DNA from: Deltaproteobacteria bacterium
Lineage (GTDB): Bacteria; Myxococcota_A; UBA9160; SMWR01
Length of the DNA stretch: 54,619 nucleotides
Assembly: GCA_032128375.1 (NCBI GenBank)
Contig: JAQBGU010000189.1
Span: 1 to 54,619 of the forward strand
Direction of reading: 5' to 3'
Shown: positions 48,066-54,619 of the stretch, one piece after another
Layout of the letters: every line of letters begins with the position of its first letter
How positions within the stretch are numbered: position 1 is the first letter of the stretch
Program-made: the position numbers and the translations under genes
The notes under the pieces: generated by a model
What the model was told of the DNA's origin: nothing
What the model saw: only the letters and a program-made list of their open reading frames with translations
Database searches by the model: none

Positions 48066-48914
48066 TCAGTCCAGCGGGTTCTTTCGCAGGTGCCCGTACA
48101 ACAGCTCTTCCACGAACTCGACGCAATTGAATTGTTGCAAACGCGCGTCGTCACCGACCAGCCGGTAGAGAGTCATGCGAATCGTCCAGGGTTTCGCAAA
48201 AACCTTCTCGTCTTCGAGCATGGCCTCATACGCGAGCGTGTGCGAGCTGGTCGGCGTGAAGCGCTCGGTCACTCGCAGGCCCGCGCTGTGAAAATTTCCG
48301 GCGCGGTCGAGCCACGTCTGGTCGTTCTGCCCGGTCGTCTCGATGACTAACGTGTCAGCCTGCCACGAACCGACGGATTGGCCCATCCACGAGTCAATGG
48401 GTGCAGGGCCCGGATCTTTCAGGTGGATATTGCGAACAGCCCCCGCGTACTCGTAGGCGAAGAACAGAGCGTCTTCGTTGTGAAGAATCTGGAACGGGTA
48501 CGGCATATAGGTCGCGCGCGGAATACCGGGCTGATAGCACTTGATTTCGGGATCCCGGTTCAGCCACTCCTGCTGGTTTTCCTCCCTCTGCTTGCGCGCG
48601 CCAGGCCGGTAGGGGATCTCTCCGCCCACCACGACGCCAATGCCAGCCGGGACGGCACCGACGGCTCCGAGTGCCACGACCTGCTTCGCCGGAACCGGGC
48701 CGACGGGCCCCTCCCGAAACGACATCGCCGCCTTGGCCGGGTGATGCTCCAGATCGAAGTTGGCCCGATTCATCGATTGCCAGGTTCCGTTCAGGTCGGG
48801 CTTACCGCCGGGCCCGCGCGGCGCTACGTAAGCCGCCTCGCCTGCGGACAGAAGCGGCGCGGCGAGCAGGTTGCACAAGACCAGCGCAGCCGTGGTGAGG
48901 CACATGGCTCTCAT
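48066..48914 (-). CDS. Conserved secreted hypothetical protein (PDLxGxW family paralogue)
   Basis: Signal peptide, GKPDLNGTW, CYQPGIPR, WMGQSVGSWQADTLVIET, ERFT, FNCVE. Confidence 0.8.
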   Translation of the reverse strand: MRAMCLTTAALVLCNLLAAPLLSAGEAAYVAPRGPGGKPDLNGTWQSMNRANFDLEHHPAKAAMSFREGPVGPVPAKQVVALGAVGAVPAGIGVVVGGEIPYRPGARKQREENQQEWLNRDPEIKCYQPGIPRATYMPYPFQILHNEDALFFAYEYAGAVRNIHLKDPGPAPIDSWMGQSVGSWQADTLVIETTGQNDQTWLDRAGNFHSAGLRVTERFTPTSSHTLAYEAMLEDEKVFAKPWTIRMTLYRLVGDDARLQQFNCVEFVEELLYGHLRKNPLD

Positions 48915-48944
48915 GGCACAAACGCTAGCAGCCTCTCGCCGGCG

Positions 48945-49691
48945 CTACTGCGCGCGGATCCACCACGCCATGCCGGGGGGCTCGGCAAGCTCGCGTACTT
49001 CGTTCGAGCCGGGGAGCCAACGGTGTTGCGTTGCGATCTCGACCGCCGCATCCATCGACTCTGCTTCGATGATGTAGAAGCCGCCCGCGGACTCCGGCCC
49101 CTGCGTAAACGGACCATCGAGCGTCCTGATTTCGCCGGACTGATTTCGGTGGATCGTCTTGGCCTGCGCGGCGTCCGCGAAAAATACCAGTGACGAACGG
49201 CGGTGCGCTCCCACCTCCTGTTGCCATGCTGCATGTCCTTCGATCATCTTCGGTATGTCGTCTTTGGAGAGGCTCTCCCAGGCACCCTCTACATGTGTGA
49301 ACGTCACGACGAACTGCTTGGTCGCCTTCTCACCCGGGCTCCCGGACGGTGCCGGTTGTGCGAATGTGATCCGGTTGCCCGTCGGGTCGATTACGCTGAA
49401 TTGGCGCATCCCCCAGGCTTGGGTCGCCAGGGGCTCGTCGGGATCGATCACCTGCTGCTGTTGCATCTGCTCGTAGAGGGCATCGACGCCGCGAACCGCC
49501 ACCCGACAGGTCCCCGGCGGCGAATCTTCTACCGACAAATGGATCTCGATCCCCTCGCGTTCGACGCCCGCATACGGACCGAACTCGAACGCGACTCTGA
49601 AGCCGAGTCGATCGCGGTAAAACTCGAGTGACTTCGCCAGGTCCTTCACGGGGAGAACGGGAATTGCTGCGACGAGGTGGCTGCTACTCAC
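48945..49691 (-). CDS. VOC/glyoxalase-bleomycin-resistance domain fused to a YciI (DGPF) domain
   Basis: PVLPVKDL..FYRDRLGF..WGMRQF..DPTGNRI; then DGPF..GGFYIIEAESMDAA..EVRE. Confidence 0.8.
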   Translation of the reverse strand: MSSSHLVAAIPVLPVKDLAKSLEFYRDRLGFRVAFEFGPYAGVEREGIEIHLSVEDSPPGTCRVAVRGVDALYEQMQQQQVIDPDEPLATQAWGMRQFSVIDPTGNRITFAQPAPSGSPGEKATKQFVVTFTHVEGAWESLSKDDIPKMIEGHAAWQQEVGAHRRSSLVFFADAAQAKTIHRNQSGEIRTLDGPFTQGPESAGGFYIIEAESMDAAVEIATQHRWLPGSNEVRELAEPPGMAWWIRAQ

Positions 49692-49840
49692 GTGCGACTC
49701 CTTCGGGTTCTTCGGGTTTTTCGGGTTTTTCGTTCGCGATCGAGGGCACCCCTGTTCGGTTTGCGCTTCTACCCCGAGAGACGAACGGGCGGCTACAAAA
49801 GTTACGGGGTGGAGGGCAAATTTTCTGGCGCGGCCCCAGG

Positions 49841-50782
49841 TTAGGGAATCAGCAGCACCCGGCCGAACGCCTGCCTGCTCTCGATATGGGCGTGGGCGGC
49901 GGCGGCTTCTGAGAGCGGAAATTTTCGGTCTACGGGCACTTTCAGCTCCCCGGACGCGACGTCGCGGATATGGCGCTCGACCATGCCGATCACCCGCGGT
50001 GTCGCGAACTCAGGGGTCAGCGAAACGCCGGTGATCGACTTGTTCATGCGCATGTTGTCGAGATTGTATTTGCGGAAATCGCGGGCCGATGTGCCGTTCA
50101 TCATCACGCGTCCTCTGTAGGCACAAACGTCGAAACCGCGCTGCGTCACGTCTCCATCGACGATTACGTCGACGCCGCGACCCTCGGTCAAGCGCCGGAT
50201 TTCATCGACGAAGTCCTGCTCGGCATAGTTGATCCCGTGATCGACACCATAGTCCTTGAGCCGGTCGAGCTTACTGCCGCTCGATGCGGTCGTCGCGCCC
50301 GCGCGCTTGGCGAGTTGGATCGCGGCCAGCCCGACACCGCCGGCCGCGCCCTGTACGAGTACGCTCTCCCCTTCGCGCAGGTGACCGTACTCGAATAGGC
50401 AGTCGTCGGCAGTTCCGAACGGGATCGGGATCGTCGAACCCTCGTCGCTGGAAAGTCCGTCGGGTAAGACGAAACTCTGCTGCCAGCCCACATGGCGCAG
50501 CTCCGCGTGCGAGCCGAATGGGAAAACCGTGGCGACGCGCTGGCCAACCACGCGAGCACTCACCTCAGCCCCGACATCGATAATCGTGCCGGCGGCCTGG
50601 TAGCCTACGACGTGCGGGCGAGCCGCCAATTCGCCGCCCGCGCGATTGAGCACGTCACCGCCTTCGATGCTGACCGCTTCTACGCGAATGACAATTCCCT
50701 GGGGACTGCATTGGGGATCCGGGACATCCTCGTAGCGAAATACTTCGGGCCCTCCGGTTTCGTAATAGACGGCTGCCTTCAT
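49841..50782 (-). CDS. NADPH:quinone oxidoreductase-like MDR protein
   Basis: MKAAVYYETGGPEV, QGAAGGVGLAAIQLAK, FPLSEAAAAH..GRVLL; GGAGG RBS. Confidence 0.88.
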   Translation of the reverse strand: MKAAVYYETGGPEVFRYEDVPDPQCSPQGIVIRVEAVSIEGGDVLNRAGGELAARPHVVGYQAAGTIIDVGAEVSARVVGQRVATVFPFGSHAELRHVGWQQSFVLPDGLSSDEGSTIPIPFGTADDCLFEYGHLREGESVLVQGAAGGVGLAAIQLAKRAGATTASSGSKLDRLKDYGVDHGINYAEQDFVDEIRRLTEGRGVDVIVDGDVTQRGFDVCAYRGRVMMNGTSARDFRKYNLDNMRMNKSITGVSLTPEFATPRVIGMVERHIRDVASGELKVPVDRKFPLSEAAAAHAHIESRQAFGRVLLIP

Positions 50783-50936
50783 CAGGTGTCCTCCTGGCTT
50801 GAATGGTGTGCTTGGAGTCGCTGCGGCGAACAACGCCCGACTCCATTTCGAGATTTCGAGCGTAACCTGCTGTCTTCGCGTTTCTGAGCTTTCTGCGCGC
50901 GATGAATGCTGACGCTGAGTTCGAGCTCGTCTTGAA

Positions 50937-51679
50937 TCACAGATTGTCCACGTCAGCCTCCAGCAGATAACCAAAGCGCTCCATCGCAGCTTCCCGGCGG
51001 CTCACGAGGTGTTCGGTGGGGAAGAGTCCTTTGGTTCCTTCATAGTCGCGGAGCACTTGCTTGGCCACCGTGATCTTGTGCACCTCGGTGGGTCCGTCGA
51101 CGATTCCCATTACCGGTGCGCCCACCCACATACTCTGGAAGGGCATCTCGTTGGACATGCCCAACGAGCCGTGAATCTGCATCGCCCGAAATACCACATC
51201 CATGTACACCTTGGGCATCTTCGCCTTGATGGCTGAGATGTACTTGCGGGCCAACTTGTAATCCTTTCGGTCATGGAATAACACGACGAGATTTCGCCAT
51301 CGAGCAAGGGCTTCAGGAAGCGGGCCTTTTGCTCTTGCGTGCCGAAACCCGCCAGAATCTCGGCGTTGCCCGAATCCGGAGCCTGGCAACCGAAGATGCT
51401 GGGCCCCCAGCGAGACACACCAAGCAGTTCGTTCATCAGCGCGAGCTTCAGCTGGCCGAATCCCATTCCACCCAGATCTTCATCCAGATGACACGCCCAG
51501 AGACCCCGCTCTTTCACCTTCTCCTCGAGCGGAGCCAAAATCGCCTGCGACTTCTGGTCGGCTTTGTCATACGGATTGCCGAGAATCATGTCCAGCGGAC
51601 GGATCTCTTCTCTGATGAAATCCTTCATCCAGTCCAGATGCAGCTGAAATTCGGGCTCGGTTTCGAAATCCCACCCCAT
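50937..51679 (-). pseudogene. Acyl-CoA dehydrogenase with a large internal deletion and frameshift at about 51267
   Basis: N-terminus MGWDFET..CQAPDSGNAE..SCYSMTE joined in another frame to KDYKLARKYISAIK..QIHGSLG..IVDGPTEVH. Confidence 0.87.
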
Positions 51680-51752
51680 GGCGATGTCCTCCTGCTGTCG
51701 TTGAAAATGGATGGTAATTGCCAATGCCGTCACCCGAAATGGACCCACGTAG

Positions 51753-52823
51753 CTACTGCCCGGGCGGCCGCAGCTGAAGCGCGCCCCGATCATCGTCGAA
51801 CACCAGACGCCACTCGGGCACGCGCAGTGCCGCCAGGCAGTTATCGAAAGCGCCGACCTTCCCTCCTCGCTTTCGCTCCAGGAAGCGAAGACCGACGGAA
51901 TAGTCGATGCACATCACCTTGCGGTGTCGGCCGAGCCACTCGTCGGCTGCCAGCTCGCCAAAGAGATCCGCGTCGCCGTGGTCGTGGCTCTCGGACGGAC
52001 CCGCGCGGTAGCGACGCCAGTAGTGGCCGACTATCACCGGCGTACCGTCAAAATCATCCCACCAGCGCGAGCGCTCTACCATGCGCCACTTGCCAGACGC
52101 CCAGAACGGCTCGTCGATGCCCCTCTCGATCCCGGACGTGACAACCTTCACGGCATTGCCCATCTGGTTGCGTTCCTCGAATTCGGCCAGTTCGGGAATC
52201 CTCGGGATCGCCCGGTCGGGGTTTCGACGATCAGACAGTTCGTATCCCGATGCCTGGATGGCCTTGACCGCTCTGTCCCGGAGATCGCTGAGTACCGGCA
52301 CCAGCGCCTCGTGCTCGCGGTGAAAGCAGTCGATCACGCTGTGCTGGGTGCGCAGGGTACGTATCGATGGCGCATGCCAGCACGCGTGGACGACACGCAG
52401 ATCCGACCTCTCGACCGCCGCCGGAAGCCCACGCAAAAATGGAGCGAAGACGCGTTCCTTCTCCTGCGGGTCGACAACCACCGAGTCGTAACCCGGTTCG
52501 TCCCTTCCGTACCACCAACCTTCGCCGGATCGATACTGCTTCGCATCGTCGCGCAGCGCGTTGAGTTCGTGATTTCCCACCACACACTGCGCGTTTCCGG
52601 ACTCGACCAGCGGGATCACCGTCCGCAACACACCGGGGCTGTCGGGTCCGCGATCGACGAGGTCGCCGACGAACACCAGCTTGCGGCCTTCACGATGGCG
52701 ACCGCGGTCGTCGTACCCGAGCTTACGCAGCAAGCTCTCGAGCGCCGTGTTCTCGCCGTGAATATCACCGATGATGTCCAGCGGGCCTTCGAACAGGGCC
52801 TCGATGGTCTTTGGGTCTGCCAT
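51753..52823 (-). CDS. Calcineurin-like metallophosphoesterase (ApaH/PrpE-like)
   Basis: IGDIHG, VGDLVDRGPDS, GNHE, VHA, VGHYW. Confidence 0.9.
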   Translation of the reverse strand: MADPKTIEALFEGPLDIIGDIHGENTALESLLRKLGYDDRGRHREGRKLVFVGDLVDRGPDSPGVLRTVIPLVESGNAQCVVGNHELNALRDDAKQYRSGEGWWYGRDEPGYDSVVVDPQEKERVFAPFLRGLPAAVERSDLRVVHACWHAPSIRTLRTQHSVIDCFHREHEALVPVLSDLRDRAVKAIQASGYELSDRRNPDRAIPRIPELAEFEERNQMGNAVKVVTSGIERGIDEPFWASGKWRMVERSRWWDDFDGTPVIVGHYWRRYRAGPSESHDHGDADLFGELAADEWLGRHRKVMCIDYSVGLRFLERKRGGKVGAFDNCLAALRVPEWRLVFDDDRGALQLRPPGQ

Positions 52824-52987
52824 TTCTCCGACAACGATGGCGAATCGAGCAGCATATTCCCAGCGCTCGGTTCGTCAGCTGAGTCGGAAACCGGAACGTG
52901 GACCGTTCGGGATCCGCGCACGCCGCCAGCTGGGGGCCCACGCGGACAGATGTCCCAGTGGGGCCCCAGCCAGCTGCGGGCCAGCCG

Positions 52988-54619
52988 CTATGTGTTCTTT
53001 CGCAGCCTCGAAAGACCCAACAGGGCTGCGAAGGACGCAAGTCTCAACAGAATCCCGGCGGGCTCCGGTACCAGGACATTGTCCACGGCGAATCCGGGCA
53101 CGATTCCCAATAAAGCTGGGTCAATGGGTTGGGTACACAGCGCTGGGCTACACGCGAAATTATCGTATTCGACTGTCTCAATTTCGGAACCCAGCGATCC
53201 CACCAGCGTGACCCGCTGCATGCTCGGGCCGAGTTCCACTGCCACACTGTCGACCTGTGACCCTGCCAAGTCGAACGCCGTAGCCGTAAATACCGAGGTC
53301 GCCTCTGCACCGACCAGGAAGCTCACGGTTTCGACCGGGCAAGAGAGCACCATCGTGTCGCCCGGCTCGGTGTTTATTACTCCGTCGTTGTAGGCAGCGT
53401 AGTTGCGGGGCGAGTTCCCGGTCAATGCGAAGAACGTGTCCTGATCAGCGACCTCGCCGGTGTCGGACCAAGTCACTCCCAGATCGGCGAACTGGTTCGT
53501 GAGCGGCATCCCGACAGGAGCATCCGGTGCGTCGAAGTCGATCGAAATTGCGGGCGTCGGGCATACGTCAGCCGTGATGCACTCGACTCCCGCGCACATC
53601 CCGGTGCCATCACAGAAATCGGGGGAGGTACACACGTTCCCGTCTGTGCACGGAACATCCACGTCTGCGAAATCGTTGGCCGGACACGCACCTGAGTTGC
53701 CCGTGCACGACTCTTCAATGTCACACTCGCCTTCGGCAGCGCGGCACTCGGTACCAGCAGCAATGAAACCGTCGGCCGGGCAAGCACTGGAATCGCCCGG
53801 GCAGGACTCCGCTACGTCGCAGTCACCGGCGGCGCCGCGACACACCGAACCCGCCGTTGCGAACGAGTCCGTCGGACAAAGTGGATCGCCTCCACCCTGG
53901 CACATCTCTGCGACATCACACGCGGTCCCGGGCACCTTAGCGCGGCACAGCGCACCAGCCTCCTCGACCTCGTCATCGGGACAGACACTGGAATTGCCCG
54001 GGCAGAACTCGGCGAGGTCGCAGAGCCCTACTGGTCCACGGCAGACGGTTTCGGCTGCGAGGAAGCCGTCGATAGGACAACTGCCATCGCTACCGGTACA
54101 GCTCTCGGCGGCGTCACAGAAAGCGACAGCGTCGCGACACCGAGTGCCCTCCGGCAGCACAGTGTCCTTACATTCCCCACTGGTACCGTCGCACATGTCC
54201 CTTACGTCACACAGGCCGGCCGGGATCCGGCACTCGACTCCGGATTCTGAGACGATGTTTGCGGGACAGTCGTCGAGCACGCCGTCGCAGAATTCCGCGG
54301 TATCGCACGTCTCGTCCGCCGCTGCACGGCACTCGTCCGTCAGCTTCGCGTCCACGCTGCACAAGCCGGCACCATCACACGTGTCGGCCGCGTCGCAGGC
54401 CCCTGCCGCGGCACGGCACTCCTGGGTCACACCCTCGAACAAGCACACGTCGGAGCAGCAGTCGCCGTTGATCAGGTTGTTGTCGTCGCAGTCCTCACCA
54501 GCCGTGATGATGCCGTCGCCGCAGACTTCGCCGCAGACCGAAGGCTCCCCGTCGCAACTGAAGCCGGACTCCACCTGGCAGAGCCCGTCACAGCCATCGC
54601 CCGCCGTTGTGCCACCGTC
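52988..54619 (-). CDS. Large Cys-rich surface protein: Myxococcus-type Cys repeats, 8 disintegrin-like repeats and a PEP-CTERM-like tail; 5' end beyond the window
   Basis: Frame open to the window edge; [11 protein letters not shown] and CGDG..EDCDD; CRxxxxxCDxxExCxG..CP units; VPEP + hydrophobic helix + RLRK. Confidence 0.88.
   Translation of the reverse strand, partial: DGGTTAGDGCDGLCQVESGFSCDGEPSVCGEVCGDGIITAGEDCDDNNLINGDCCSDVCLFEGVTQECRAAAGACDAADTCDGAGLCSVDAKLTDECRAAADETCDTAEFCDGVLDDCPANIVSESGVECRIPAGLCDVRDMCDGTSGECKDTVLPEGTRCRDAVAFCDAAESCTGSDGSCPIDGFLAAETVCRGPVGLCDLAEFCPGNSSVCPDDEVEEAGALCRAKVPGTACDVAEMCQGGGDPLCPTDSFATAGSVCRGAAGDCDVAESCPGDSSACPADGFIAAGTECRAAEGECDIEESCTGNSGACPANDFADVDVPCTDGNVCTSPDFCDGTGMCAGVECITADVCPTPAISIDFDAPDAPVGMPLTNQFADLGVTWSDTGEVADQDTFFALTGNSPRNYAAYNDGVINTEPGDTMVLSCPVETVSFLVGAEATSVFTATAFDLAGSQVDSVAVELGPSMQRVTLVGSLGSEIETVEYDNFACSPALCTQPIDPALLGIVPGFAVDNVLVPEPAGILLRLASFAALLGLSRLRKNT

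Noticed and set aside
43530..52823. Anti-phage defence island (nuclease plus metallophosphoesterase)
   Set aside because: The genes are far apart, the nuclease appears exported, and there are no defence-type ATPases or mobility genes.
52929..52970. GC-rich hairpin downstream of the Cys-rich gene
   Set aside because: Imperfect stem with no U-tract; cannot distinguish a terminator from chance in GC-rich DNA.

Overview
GC-rich bacterial chromosomal window, probably Myxococcota/delta-proteobacterial (inferred from PEP-CTERM proteins, Myxococcus-type Cys-rich repeats and lipid/aromatic catabolic genes). I found no rRNA, tRNA, CRISPR array or mobile element. It carries about 50 genes: a partial recD2; a TetR-headed 2-oxoacid:ferredoxin oxidoreductase operon; two P450s; TauD plus a glutamine amidotransferase; CoA-transferases; a hybrid PAS kinase; a tungsten aldehyde oxidoreductase operon (aorA-aorB-moaD-aorC-moaD); a sulfatase; a PQQ dehydrogenase with a lanthanide-type DYD motif plus a CX3CH cytochrome c; a B12 radical SAM enzyme; and MerR/carotenoid oxygenase and HxlR/Mo-oxidoreductase divergons. 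Two candidates stand out as poorly described systems. (1) A hidden selenoprotein at 36770-37303, split by the ORF track at an in-frame TGA (D-U-G-S-C-T-S-C), has a SECIS-like hairpin and is translationally coupled to a thioredoxin-fold fusion protein. (2) A six-gene envelope module at 45003-48914 comprises a class II cytochrome c lipoprotein, two DUF6644-like membrane proteins, a DUF6152-like N-terminal-His protein and two paralogous secreted proteins. At least four genes carry disrupting lesions. Family names come from motif recognition, not from database searches.
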